A stretch of 48,806 nucleotides of DNA. Source: Candidatus Hodarchaeum mangrovi (lineage in GTDB: Archaea > Asgardarchaeota > Heimdallarchaeia > Hodarchaeales > Hodarchaeaceae). The notes beneath the pieces were generated by a model. It did no database searches and was not told the DNA's origin. It worked only from the letters and a program-made list of their open reading frames with translations. Shown piece by piece: positions 8,397 to 18,260 of this stretch. The position numbers and the translations under genes are program-made. Every line of letters begins with the position of its first letter. The first letter of the stretch is position 1. The stretch covers positions 1 through 48,806 of the forward strand of contig JAEOUE010000030.1 of NCBI GenBank assembly GCA_016839515.1, given 5' to 3'.

Positions 8397-10406
8397 CTGC
8401 CAAAATTCAAGCTTATTTCCCCATATAAACCTCAAGGGGATCAGATCTCTGCAATAGAATTACTTACTAAAGGAATTAACTCAAATAAGAAATATCAGAC
8501 CTTACTAGGAGTAACAGGTTCAGGAAAGACTTTTACGATCGCTAATGTAATTGAGCAGATTCAAAAACCTACCCTTGTTATCTCACATAATAAAACATTA
8601 GCTGCTCAGCTCTATCAAGAGTTTAAAGAATATTTCCCAAATAATGCTGTGGAATATTTTGTGTCTTTTTATGATTATTATCAACCAGAAGCTTATCTTC
8701 CTACTCCTGATAGGTATATTGAGAAGGATTTTTCTATTAATGAAGAAATAGATAAAATGCGTGCATCAACCACTCGTAGTTTATTACAAAGAGATGATGT
8801 AATCGTAGTAGCCTCAGTATCTTGCATTTATGGCCTAGGAAGACCAGAAGATTATAAATCCTTAAGCTTACATATTTCTAGAGGTATGAATCTTACAAAA
8901 AATGAAATTCTTTCAGGATTAATTGACATTTTATACGAAAGAAATGACACTGCTTTTACTCGAGGCAAGATTAGATCAAAAGGTGATATAATAGATATTT
9001 GGCCAGTTTATGAGGATAGTGCAGTCCGAATTGAATTATTTGGAGATGAAATCGATAAAATTGCTGAAATAAATCCGATAACAGGGCAGACTTTAACTGA
9101 ACTAGATCGTGTTTACATATTTCCAGCAAAACATTACGTTCGACCGAAAGAAGATTTATTACGAGTGTTACCAGAAATAAGAAAAGAATTAAATGAACGA
9201 ATAGAGGAATTATTAAATGAAAATAAGCAAATTGAAGCCCATCGTCTTCGACAAAGAACAAATTATGACCTAGAGCTAATAGAAGAAATTGGTCATGCAC
9301 CTGGGATGGAAAATTATTCAAGATATTTTGATAATAGAACAGAAGGAGAACCACCTGGGACTTTATTTGACTTCTTTCCGAAAAATTATCTTCTAATCAT
9401 TGATGAGTCACACATGACTATCCCTCAAATTGCTGGGATGAGAGAAGGCGATTATTCACGCAAAAAAAACTTGATTGATTACGGTTTTCGACTCCCATCA
9501 GCTTTCGATCATCGCCCACTGACTTTTGATGAGTTTGAAAAACGGATGGGACAAACTATTTTTGTAAGTGCAACACCTGGTCCATATGATTTGGATAAAA
9601 CAAATAAAGAAGATATTATTGAACAAATTATTCGACCTACTGGGTTAGTTGACCCTGAAATAATTGTAAAAATAAAAACTATCAATCCCATTGATGATTT
9701 AATTGCTGAAATAAAAAAAACAGTTACAAGAGGAGAACGAACATTAATTACTACTCTTACCAAAAGAATGGCAGAGAATCTTGCAGATTATTTTGATGAA
9801 ATTGGTATTCGTGCACGGTATTTACATTCAGAGATCAAGACACTTGAGAGAACAGATATTTTGGCTTCCTTACGGCAAGGAGATTTTGATGTCCTTGTTG
9901 GGATTAATTTATTACGAGAAGGGCTAGATCTTCCTGAAGTATCCCTTGTTGCTATTCTAGATGCTGATAAACAAGGATTTCTTCGAAATGAAAGATCTCT
10001 GATTCAAACCATTGGAAGAGCAGCACGAAATGTGAATGGAAGAGTGATCTTTTATGCTGATACCATATCTGATTCAATGAATGATGCTATTCGAGAAACG
10101 AAACGAAGACGTAGAAAACAAATTCAATATAATGAAAAAATGGATATAGAACCGAAAACTATAATTAAGAAAATTCATACACCACTTTCTGAGATGAAAA
10201 CTAATTTTACCAAGATTCAAACAGAAAAAATTTCTGCAGAGGATTTACCAAAATATCTTGATGCTTTGAGGGAAGAAATGTATTTAGCGGCAAAAAATTT
10301 TGAATTTGAAAAAGCAGCAGAAATTCGTGATCTTATCTATACTCTAGAGAACCCAAAAGTAATGAAATCACCAAAAATTGTCCCAAGAAAGGAGAGTTCA
10401 GGATAA
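8397..10406 (+). CDS. uvrB: Excinuclease ABC subunit B (probable CTG start)
   Basis: The frame upstream of the track start (8649) encodes LPKFKLISPYKPQGDQ...QTLLGVTGSGKTFT...HNKTLAAQLY. It continues into EYFVSFYDYYQPEAY, DESH, SATPG, QTIGRAARN and a C-terminal UVR domain. Confidence 0.95.
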   Translation: MPKFKLISPYKPQGDQISAIELLTKGINSNKKYQTLLGVTGSGKTFTIANVIEQIQKPTLVISHNKTLAAQLYQEFKEYFPNNAVEYFVSFYDYYQPEAYLPTPDRYIEKDFSINEEIDKMRASTTRSLLQRDDVIVVASVSCIYGLGRPEDYKSLSLHISRGMNLTKNEILSGLIDILYERNDTAFTRGKIRSKGDIIDIWPVYEDSAVRIELFGDEIDKIAEINPITGQTLTELDRVYIFPAKHYVRPKEDLLRVLPEIRKELNERIEELLNENKQIEAHRLRQRTNYDLELIEEIGHAPGMENYSRYFDNRTEGEPPGTLFDFFPKNYLLIIDESHMTIPQIAGMREGDYSRKKNLIDYGFRLPSAFDHRPLTFDEFEKRMGQTIFVSATPGPYDLDKTNKEDIIEQIIRPTGLVDPEIIVKIKTINPIDDLIAEIKKTVTRGERTLITTLTKRMAENLADYFDEIGIRARYLHSEIKTLERTDILASLRQGDFDVLVGINLLREGLDLPEVSLVAILDADKQGFLRNERSLIQTIGRAARNVNGRVIFYADTISDSMNDAIRETKRRRRKQIQYNEKMDIEPKTIIKKIHTPLSEMKTNFTKIQTEKISAEDLPKYLDALREEMYLAAKNFEFEKAAEIRDLIYTLENPKVMKSPKIVPRKESSG

Positions 10407-11019
10407 ATACGAGTTTTTGTTTAGATGAAAATATTTTGTACTAATCAGAAATAAAAACTTAATTTTGAATATCCAGACCTCAATGTAACACCTAGCTAAC
10501 ATAGCAATGTCATTTGTTGATTAATATATTATCTGTGATATTTTAATTGAATGAGAAACATACGGATCTGTTATTCAACCATGATATCCATTATAGGGCA
10601 TTTAGTTTGAAGAATATGATAATATATTTCAGAAATATATATTTTAGGCATTTATTAATAACAATTGATTATATTCTTTCAATCACTTAACCTATCAAGC
10701 TGAATAAATATTTTAGATTATAAAATGCTTTTTTTTAGTGAGATTTCATCATAATTATTTTTATAGGTTATTAAATCATTCCATTATATCCAAAAGATTG
10801 AAAAATTTATTATTTATTACTGTATATGATTCAAAAAAATTATGGAAACCTTGACTTGATTTTTGGGGGATTATACATTTCTTAAAAAATCAAATATGTT
10901 ATTCTTTTAAGATCTTTAAAGTTTCCCGATAACCAGATTAAGAAGTGGATTTATTTTTCCTAAACCTTTCAAAAAGTCATTAGCAGAGAGACAACTTAAA
11001 AAAAGGTGAAAATATTAGC

Positions 11020-12336
11020 ATGGCCCTCTTAGAACCAGTTCAACTTATTGGATTAGCCATTTTTATTGGTATTTATATATTAATTTCAACTGAAAAACTT
11101 CATAGACCCATTTCAGCACTTTTGGGAGCTGGTTTAATTTCTTTTCTTCTCATAGTGTCTGAATGGGAGTATGAGGGTCATGTAACTGAATTTCATACTA
11201 TTGTAACAAAAGTAGAATGGAATACAATTATTTTTATTACTGCAATGATGATTATAACCATAATTTCAAGTCGATCAGGTCTTTTTCAATATGTAAGTAT
11301 TCTTATTGTACGTTTAACTAAGGGAAGCCCCAAAACCCTACTTTTGTCTCTCTCTGTCTTAACCTTTATCATTAGTTTTGTTTTTGATGTTATCACTACC
11401 ATGCTAATTATTGCACCACTTACAGTAGAAATATATAAGATTTTAGAGTTTGATTTCAGACCAATATTGACAATTGAAGCAATAACTGCTAATTTTGCCT
11501 CTATTTCATCTTTGGTTGGGAGCATCCCGAATATCGTACTTGCAGATAAAAGTGGTGAAGGATTTGTAGATTTTGTGATAATTATGGGGCCTTTGAGTAT
11601 CCTTCTTTTTATAGTTGCAATTCCAATCTATTATTTTTATGCACGTTCCAAATTTGTTGCGCCCTCTGAGTATCTGGTAAAGGAAATTTTCCTTCTCGAT
11701 CCCAATATCCTAGTTGAAGACAGAAGAACATTTTATGTTGCTATTGTAGGTCTAATTTTATTGGTATCAGGCTTCATTTTTGGTAGTACATTTAATCTAA
11801 GAGCTGCAGAAATTGCTTTATTGATTGCAGCAGGATTATTACTATTTTCAGGTATGCATCCAAAGGAAATTTTTCGTGATGTGGAATGGATTTCAATTTA
11901 TTTTATAATGGGATTATTTATTCTTGTAGGTTCTATAGAGATCCTTGGTATCCTTGAACTTCTTGGAGAAATCCTTACTCCTTTTCTAGAATTGGAGTTA
12001 TTCTTTTCAATACCATTTATTTCTTTTGGAATAGGAATAATTTCTGCTGTTGTTGATAACATACCAATTTCAGCAGCACTTGCTCCTGTATTTGCTGATC
12101 TTCAAGCTGCTGGCGTTGTTGATCCTATACATTGGTGGGCACTTGTTATAGCAGTAAATCTTGGAGGCTATATCTTGCCAATTGGTAGTCCAGCTAACAT
12201 TTTAGCAATTAATCTATCTAATAGAGAAGGATCTCCAATCACATTTCTAGAATTTTTAAAATTAGGTGCTGTATTAGGGTTTCTCCACTTATTAATAGGA
12301 ACAATTTATTTAATTCTTCTTTCTCCTTTTATCTAA
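11020..12336 (+). CDS. ArsB/NhaD (IT superfamily; SLC13/P-protein-like) membrane permease
   Basis: Highly hydrophobic with about 11-12 TM segments; motifs VEWNTI, SGLFQY, VGSIPNIV, VVDNIP and NLGGYILPIGSPANI. Confidence 0.88.
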   Translation: MALLEPVQLIGLAIFIGIYILISTEKLHRPISALLGAGLISFLLIVSEWEYEGHVTEFHTIVTKVEWNTIIFITAMMIITIISSRSGLFQYVSILIVRLTKGSPKTLLLSLSVLTFIISFVFDVITTMLIIAPLTVEIYKILEFDFRPILTIEAITANFASISSLVGSIPNIVLADKSGEGFVDFVIIMGPLSILLFIVAIPIYYFYARSKFVAPSEYLVKEIFLLDPNILVEDRRTFYVAIVGLILLVSGFIFGSTFNLRAAEIALLIAAGLLLFSGMHPKEIFRDVEWISIYFIMGLFILVGSIEILGILELLGEILTPFLELELFFSIPFISFGIGIISAVVDNIPISAALAPVFADLQAAGVVDPIHWWALVIAVNLGGYILPIGSPANILAINLSNREGSPITFLEFLKLGAVLGFLHLLIGTIYLILLSPFI

Positions 12337-12503
12337 TAGGAAGAAAAGTAATAATAGAAAAATTTTTTTTTAAAAAAAAATTAAAAGAATATTATTTACC
12401 AGAGAATTGTTTTTACCACCACCTAAGTCTATATAAATCCATAAAATATACAAAAAAATCAAACTTACATGAAATTGTATAAGCTTTACAGATGGTGTAA
12501 TCA

Positions 12504-13229
12504 TTGAATAATGAGAATAATAACTTTGATGATGAGAAAAAATCCTCAGAATCAGATAAACCATTCGAAGAAGTACAAGATGCCATCCAAAAGATGAAAA
12601 AAGAAATTCAAAATGAATTGAATAAAATGAAAGAGGAAATTCGGGATATAAAATATGATATTAATCAAGATTCTTCAAAATATTCAAAACCACCACGAAC
12701 TCAAAGAAAGACTCTACGTCGAGACTGGGAAGAGACAGGAAATCGCTTTGGAGAATCAATCCAATATTATATCGGAAGCTTACTAGAATCAGTTGGTGAG
12801 TCACTGGGGGACGCTATTGACAAATCTGTCGGATCACTATTTCACGAATCATCCTCTAGAAAACATAGGAGAACCAAGAGAACAGAAGAAAGCATTAAAG
12901 AGGAAGAATTTGAAGAATTTTTTGACAAAGGCTCTGCAATTATGACTGCACTCTCTGATTCAACACGATTGAGAATGCTTAAGGAACTTGAAAGGGAACC
13001 TCTAAGACAATCTGACTTAGCGGATCGAACTGGAACAAAAGGAGGGAATTTTAAGCATCATATCAGTATTTTAATTGACCAAGGCCTTGTAAGACAAGAA
13101 GGAGTTCGTGAACGTTATCTATTAACCTTTGCTGGTCGTGAGGCCTTAAAATTAGTTGAATTCCTCTTTATTCGGGGAAAAAGACGTCTTCAAGTTCCAG
13201 TAATAATTAATGATGAGGAGGAGGAGTAA
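12504..13229 (+). CDS. ArsR-family winged-helix transcription regulator with N-terminal coiled coil
   Basis: C-terminal ALSDSTRLRMLKEL...GGNFKHHISILIDQGLV...YLLT.GR; charged heptads at the N-terminus; TTG start with GGTG SD. Confidence 0.8.
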   Translation: MNNENNNFDDEKKSSESDKPFEEVQDAIQKMKKEIQNELNKMKEEIRDIKYDINQDSSKYSKPPRTQRKTLRRDWEETGNRFGESIQYYIGSLLESVGESLGDAIDKSVGSLFHESSSRKHRRTKRTEESIKEEEFEEFFDKGSAIMTALSDSTRLRMLKELEREPLRQSDLADRTGTKGGNFKHHISILIDQGLVRQEGVRERYLLTFAGREALKLVEFLFIRGKRRLQVPVIINDEEEE

Positions 13230-13231
13230 GG

Positions 13232-13903
13232 ATGCCTTTCATCCTTGGAAATAGAATCTATGAATACTTAGGATTGCCAGAAATTATAAATACATCATCA
13301 TATAAAATTCTAATTTCAAGCAAATCAAACATCGTTGAATTAATAACAGAATCAGAATTAAATGGTATTATAGTACTGGGATCAGTTGAAGTTATTGTTG
13401 ATACTTTGATTCATACGAAAAATTATGGATCAGTTGGGGATACAATTCAATTTAGGGGAACAAATTTAGTGATTCTAGGTCTCAATATTGCTCAGCTAGG
13501 TTCAAAGCTTCAAGAAATTTCCAGTTTTGACAAATCTTATGAAGATTCCATGATTAAGGCAAAGGATATGATCAAAAAAATTAACAAAACTATTGAGGAT
13601 CCGGAAACTCGGATCAGCTTTGGAAAAGAAGACGATGAAAAAATTAGACATTTTATCTTTGGGAGACGTAATTTCCTTTTAATAGGTTCAGATTCAAAAC
13701 TTGTCCTAATACATCGAAAAAAGGTGTCAGTAAAAGAAGGTGAATCGAAACTTATTCAGATCGACCCTGAAACAGGTATTCTCATCGCAAATTATGATAA
13801 AGTAATTAATATTGGTGGAGGGAAAAAAGATAGATATTCTTTCCTAGGAAAATTGGGAGTAAATATTGCTGCTTCGGTTCTAGACGAAGTGCTGTGGGAT
13901 TAA
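13232..13903 (+). CDS. Hypothetical protein translationally linked to the regulator
   Basis: Starts 2 nt after the upstream stop, with a GGAGG SD in the upstream poly-Glu codons; beta-rich, no recognised family. Confidence 0.7.
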   Translation: MPFILGNRIYEYLGLPEIINTSSYKILISSKSNIVELITESELNGIIVLGSVEVIVDTLIHTKNYGSVGDTIQFRGTNLVILGLNIAQLGSKLQEISSFDKSYEDSMIKAKDMIKKINKTIEDPETRISFGKEDDEKIRHFIFGRRNFLLIGSDSKLVLIHRKKVSVKEGESKLIQIDPETGILIANYDKVINIGGGKKDRYSFLGKLGVNIAASVLDEVLWD

Positions 13904-14016
13904 AACCTTAAAATTTTTTTTAACCTCTCTTTTTAAATGAAAAAATTTACTAAAAGATAAAAGGGATTTTTAAACTAGTCATTCCTACTTTCTATCAACA
14001 GAGGTGGATAAATTAT

Positions 14017-15216
14017 TTGGATTATTCTAAGCTTATTGATCCAGAAATATTAAACGTACCCCTGTCAGGTATCAGATTAGTTAATTCTTGGCCAACGAAA
14101 ACCCCAAAATCTGACCTGATCTATCTAAACATCGGACAACCTGATCTTCCTACTCCTGAATTTATAAAGGACATATCAAAGGAAGCTATTTCAAAGAATT
14201 TTACTAGATATACACATATAATGGGAGAAGAAGAACTCAGATCAGAGATATGTCGATATTTAGCAGAATATGATAACCTAAAATACTCTCCCGAACAGAT
14301 ATTAGTAACAAGTGGAGGACAAAGTGCTTTATTTGCTACAATCTTCACTTTATTATCACAAAATGAAAATATCGTTGTACCATTTCCTTGTTATCCTCCA
14401 TATATTAATATAATCCGTTATAAAAGAGCCAATATTCTACCAATTAAAACAGAGTTTCGGAACAAGTTTGAAATCCCTCTAGACAAGTTAGAATCCATTT
14501 TAGAGAGTCATCAAGTTAAAGCAATACTACTTGTCAGTCCTGGAAATCCAACTGGAGCGCTTTATACGGAAAAAACTTTAGAAAGTATTGCTAAGTTATC
14601 AGAAAAATATAATTTTCTTATTTTTAGTGATGAGATCTACAATCGAATAACCTTCCTTTCTAAATCATGTAAATCTCCAGCATATTTTGCTCCAAAAAGA
14701 ACTATCATCATCCAAAGCTTCAGTAAGATGCTTTCAATGACAGGATATCGAATAGGTTTCATAGCTGCACCAGAATCTTTAATTAACATCATTAAAATAG
14801 TACATCATACAATGAATATTTGTGCTAATTCTATTGCACAATATACTCTAGCTCATGCCCTTAGAATGAAATCTGAATTAAAAAACGCAATTGATCATCT
14901 TAGATCAACCTATGAGGAAATGGGAAAAGTGTGCTTTCAGTTACTAAATGAATCTTCATTCTTTAACGTGATTAATCCTCAAGGAGCTTTTTATCTTTTC
15001 CCTCAGTCAGAGAGAGTCAATATGTTTGAACTAGCGAAATTTGCAAAATACAATTATGGTATTTTGACTGTTCCAGGAATATTTTTCGCTAGTCCAACCT
15101 CTAATGAATACCTAGATTATCTTCGAATCTCTTTTACATTAGAGAATATTCTTTTAGAAAGAGGAATTAAACGACTTTGTAAGGCGTTTGAAGATTTTAT
15201 CTCTAAAAAAACCTAA
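14017..15216 (+). CDS. PLP-dependent aminotransferase class I/II (aspartate aminotransferase-like)
   Basis: LNIGQPD, SPGNPTG, SDEIY, the PLP lysine motif SFSKMLSMTGYRIG, PQGAFY and LRISF. Confidence 0.92.
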   Translation: MDYSKLIDPEILNVPLSGIRLVNSWPTKTPKSDLIYLNIGQPDLPTPEFIKDISKEAISKNFTRYTHIMGEEELRSEICRYLAEYDNLKYSPEQILVTSGGQSALFATIFTLLSQNENIVVPFPCYPPYINIIRYKRANILPIKTEFRNKFEIPLDKLESILESHQVKAILLVSPGNPTGALYTEKTLESIAKLSEKYNFLIFSDEIYNRITFLSKSCKSPAYFAPKRTIIIQSFSKMLSMTGYRIGFIAAPESLINIIKIVHHTMNICANSIAQYTLAHALRMKSELKNAIDHLRSTYEEMGKVCFQLLNESSFFNVINPQGAFYLFPQSERVNMFELAKFAKYNYGILTVPGIFFASPTSNEYLDYLRISFTLENILLERGIKRLCKAFEDFISKKT

Positions 15217-15228
15217 TGAGTAGTGAAA

Positions 15229-15369
15229 ATGAGTCCTATAAAGAAGTGTACTATTTGTGGAGAAGAATTTTATGCAAGCTATAAAGGTAAATATTATTGT
15301 GTAGTACATTTAGAAATGAAGTTGAATAAGATAAAAAAAGAGGAAGTTAATGAGAAAAAAAAGAAATAA
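15229..15369 (+). CDS. Small zinc-finger protein (46 aa), absent from the ORF track
   Basis: Reads MSPIKKCTICGEEFYASYKGKYYCVVHLEMKLNKIKKEEVNEKKKK*, with CxxC...CxxH. Starts 12 nt after the aminotransferase stop. Confidence 0.65.
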   Translation: MSPIKKCTICGEEFYASYKGKYYCVVHLEMKLNKIKKEEVNEKKKK

Positions 15370-15502
15370 TTCTATCTTAATTTCTTTTCTATTGAACAAG
15401 AAAGGATAAAATGATTTTAACTAACATTCAAAAAGAAAGTTTCTTAAGAAAGCATTTCATATTAAATTTATCAACTAGTTTAAAACGGGAGTAAAACATA
15501 TA

Positions 15503-16066
15503 ATGTCTTCAAATACTGATGATATCCTCTTTGAAATTCCTCATTTTTCGCAATATAAAATTGTTGTTGCAGGAGACCCGTTAGTAGGAAAAACTCAACT
15601 TGTATCAGTCTTTACTAAACGAGATTTTGAACATAAACCTACCGCTGGTGCAGATATATCATTTATAAAATTACGTAGCTCTGGAGACAGCGATAGCACT
15701 ACAACTGCTATATTTTGGGATCTTTCAGGACAACAGGCATTTAACAAAGTTAGACCCTTATTCTATGAAGGTGCACATGCAATAGTTTATGTTTTTGACG
15801 TTACACGAGAAGATACAGTCCTTTCCTTGCCAAGTTGGGTAAAGGAGGCAAAGAAAATCCTTCCTAATAGCCCAGCTATCTTAATTGGGAATAAAATTGA
15901 TTTGAAATACCATAGAGTTGTCAGTGATGATATAGGCTTGAAATTTGCCGATAAACTCCATGCACCCTACTTTTCTACTTCAGCAGTAACAAGCGAAGGC
16001 GTTATTACAGCCTTTGCCTCTGCAATAAGACGAGCGGTTTATTATCGTGACTCAATTACATCTTGA
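15503..16066 (+). CDS. Rab-like small GTPase
   Basis: KIVVAGDPLVGKT, PTAG, WDLSGQ, FYEGA, YVFDVT, GNKIDL and TSA; no C-terminal cysteine prenylation motif. Confidence 0.92.
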   Translation: MSSNTDDILFEIPHFSQYKIVVAGDPLVGKTQLVSVFTKRDFEHKPTAGADISFIKLRSSGDSDSTTTAIFWDLSGQQAFNKVRPLFYEGAHAIVYVFDVTREDTVLSLPSWVKEAKKILPNSPAILIGNKIDLKYHRVVSDDIGLKFADKLHAPYFSTSAVTSEGVITAFASAIRRAVYYRDSITS

Positions 16067-16754
16067 AATTTGCTCTAATATCAAATGAATCTTGGGAATT
16101 TAGGATTGCTGAAAGTCTAGTGTTTATATTATGTAACTTATTTGAGCTTAAGAGATCGATGTAATATATCAAATATTGAGCTTTGGTCTTCACTAGCTTC
16201 CAATTTGTAGGATATGGATCACAAATTATTCCATTTCGTGCAAATTCCCTTACAATAATACTGATTTTGGCTATAAGTTGTGGATAATTAGTAAGATTAG
16301 CTCCTTTAATTGTTGATGTTATTAAAGTTGGATAAGTTCTTTGATAAGCCATGATCTTTGCTAATCCTATGGTTAATGGTATTGAAATATGGTATATTTT
16401 TTTTTCATTCCGAAAATTTCGTATTTGAGATTCTTTATTAAAATCTAAAGCTGTTAAATAGTGAATCAAGAGCTGAGAAAAATCCCGATTGTAATAGGGT
16501 TTAATTATTATTGAACCAAAAGATTCTATCTCAAAGCTCCATCCGAAGAGGACACTTGCTCCCCCTGGATATAAAAATGTTCCTTCCATTTTATCTCCTA
16601 GTTTTTCTTTAATTAAATCAATTTTTTCTTGATTTAGATGGTTTCCATTTGAATAATTTACAATACTTTCTGCTAAAATTAGATATCTGTTTAACACTTC
16701 CTTTAATATCTTTTTTTTATATTCAGGAAAGAGTAAAAATGATGGATTTGTCAT
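16056..16754 (-). CDS. Atypical protein-kinase-like fold protein (RIO/Bud32-like, minimal)
   Basis: In correct order: Gly-loop-like PGGASVLF, beta3 Lys IIIKPY, hinge LITSTIKG, catalytic-loop-like GIICDPYPTNW (DxxxxN) and metal loop YYIDL. Confidence 0.55.
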   Translation of the reverse strand: MTNPSFLLFPEYKKKILKEVLNRYLILAESIVNYSNGNHLNQEKIDLIKEKLGDKMEGTFLYPGGASVLFGWSFEIESFGSIIIKPYYNRDFSQLLIHYLTALDFNKESQIRNFRNEKKIYHISIPLTIGLAKIMAYQRTYPTLITSTIKGANLTNYPQLIAKISIIVREFARNGIICDPYPTNWKLVKTKAQYLIYYIDLLSSNKLHNINTRLSAILNSQDSFDIRANFKM

Positions 16755-16826
16755 TATAGGAAGCTCAACCCTCTAATCAATGGAAAACAGATTCATCTAC
16801 TTTAATATCTTGAAATTCCTCCAGCT

Positions 16827-18239
16827 TTAAACCCAATCTCCGGAATTTAGCTTCTGTGGTAAATAAGTACTAGTCATAAAACGCCAATTTTTTCCAGCCA
16901 ATGCCTGAATTTCCGCTTTCATTCCTGTATCCTTCATAATTCTAATTTGTTTATCCCATTCTGGTCTTGATTTTACAAAATCCTCTTGAAGTAAATCATC
17001 AGCACGCTTTATGTCATTCTCAGTCATTTTTATTAATACTGACCTAGGTATTTGATATTCCTTGATGTCAGATGGTAAGAGACCTAACCATTTAATCTCT
17101 GGTACAGCTAATTCAACACTTTCAAAGCTAAGTGCCTTACTTCCTATTGAATAAACCCTTAAAATATCTAATCCATAGGGGTCAGCGTCTAAAAAACCAA
17201 GAATTGGAATAGAAAGATCTTCATGAATTCTTTTTATAAACATTCTTGTGGCCATATCAGGTTGTCCAGATGCAGTCACTAGAATACATGGAAGATAGTT
17301 AAAGAATTTCTCTTCTGCTAAGTCCTGAAAAACCGCATCCTTTTCTATAACAAGCAAAAATTCTGCATCACTTTCAAAGTTTTCAACTTGATCCAACATT
17401 GGAGTTATAGCATGTCCTCCCAAACCCTGTGTACAGTCGATTAAATCTCCCCCTTCTGTGAAAGATAACCTTCCAATTACTTTACCCTTCGCAGAAGCTA
17501 TAACGTTAATCGAAGGCCTTGAAACTCTTATCAAAGCAGTCAAATCTTCAAGAAGGCCATCAGATACTCGTTGATTACCGAAGAGATTGACATCACGGTA
17601 GAATAAATGGCGTTTTGTTGCATGTTTTCCAGTTTCTAAAATCTCACTAATGTATCTCATTAATCCAGTTAATTGAACAACACTCTGAACACTACTTAAA
17701 TGCCTAAATTGTCTATCAACAACATGACTACCTAACAACACCAATTTTGAAACATCATCATAACCTACATTATCTGAGCTTCTTGAAGGAATCTTGAAAG
17801 CTGCAGTTTTAGGATCAGTAGCGATTTCCTCTAAAAACATTCTAGCTACCCTTTGTACACGTCTTCGTGATTCCTCAGGTTTAACATTATCTACCTGCAG
17901 AATTGAATATGGTAAATCATAGAATTGCTTGTCCAATCCTTTTCGCAAATCTCGAACTTTTGTCAAATCAACAAGGCGTCTGATACGGATAATTAATTCT
18001 TCATCTTTCCACTTAGCATCCCATATATCATTAAAATTTTCTTTAGATAGCTCTAGTAATCTTTTATCTTTTTTAGAACCAAAAAATAATTTTAAAGGCT
18101 GATTTTTTAGATTGAGGTCACTCTTTATACTTTTACCCAAATCAGATAAATTCATGCTATTATCTATTGTTTTAGAATAAACTTTGTTTGTGAATGCATA
18201 ATCCTCTATTATCACTTTTTTGGTAAATTTCTCACTCAT
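16827..18239 (-). CDS. top6A: DNA topoisomerase VI subunit A (Spo11 family) with N-terminal ubiquitin-like extension
   Basis: 5Y-CAP catalytic region TKRHLFYRDVNLF, Toprim LVIEKDAVF and DADPYG, GQPDMATR, KAEIQAL; lies 21 nt downstream of top6B. Confidence 0.95.
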   Translation of the reverse strand: MSEKFTKKVIIEDYAFTNKVYSKTIDNSMNLSDLGKSIKSDLNLKNQPLKLFFGSKKDKRLLELSKENFNDIWDAKWKDEELIIRIRRLVDLTKVRDLRKGLDKQFYDLPYSILQVDNVKPEESRRRVQRVARMFLEEIATDPKTAAFKIPSRSSDNVGYDDVSKLVLLGSHVVDRQFRHLSSVQSVVQLTGLMRYISEILETGKHATKRHLFYRDVNLFGNQRVSDGLLEDLTALIRVSRPSINVIASAKGKVIGRLSFTEGGDLIDCTQGLGGHAITPMLDQVENFESDAEFLLVIEKDAVFQDLAEEKFFNYLPCILVTASGQPDMATRMFIKRIHEDLSIPILGFLDADPYGLDILRVYSIGSKALSFESVELAVPEIKWLGLLPSDIKEYQIPRSVLIKMTENDIKRADDLLQEDFVKSRPEWDKQIRIMKDTGMKAEIQALAGKNWRFMTSTYLPQKLNSGDWV

Positions 18240-18260
18240 TTTAACCGCATCATAAATAAT

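Noticed and set aside
10407-11019. Possible gene or pseudogene in the ~610-nt gap after uvrB
   Set aside because: Only very short frames (e.g. ~26 codons on the minus strand) are present, with no recognisable motif, repeat or stable structure.
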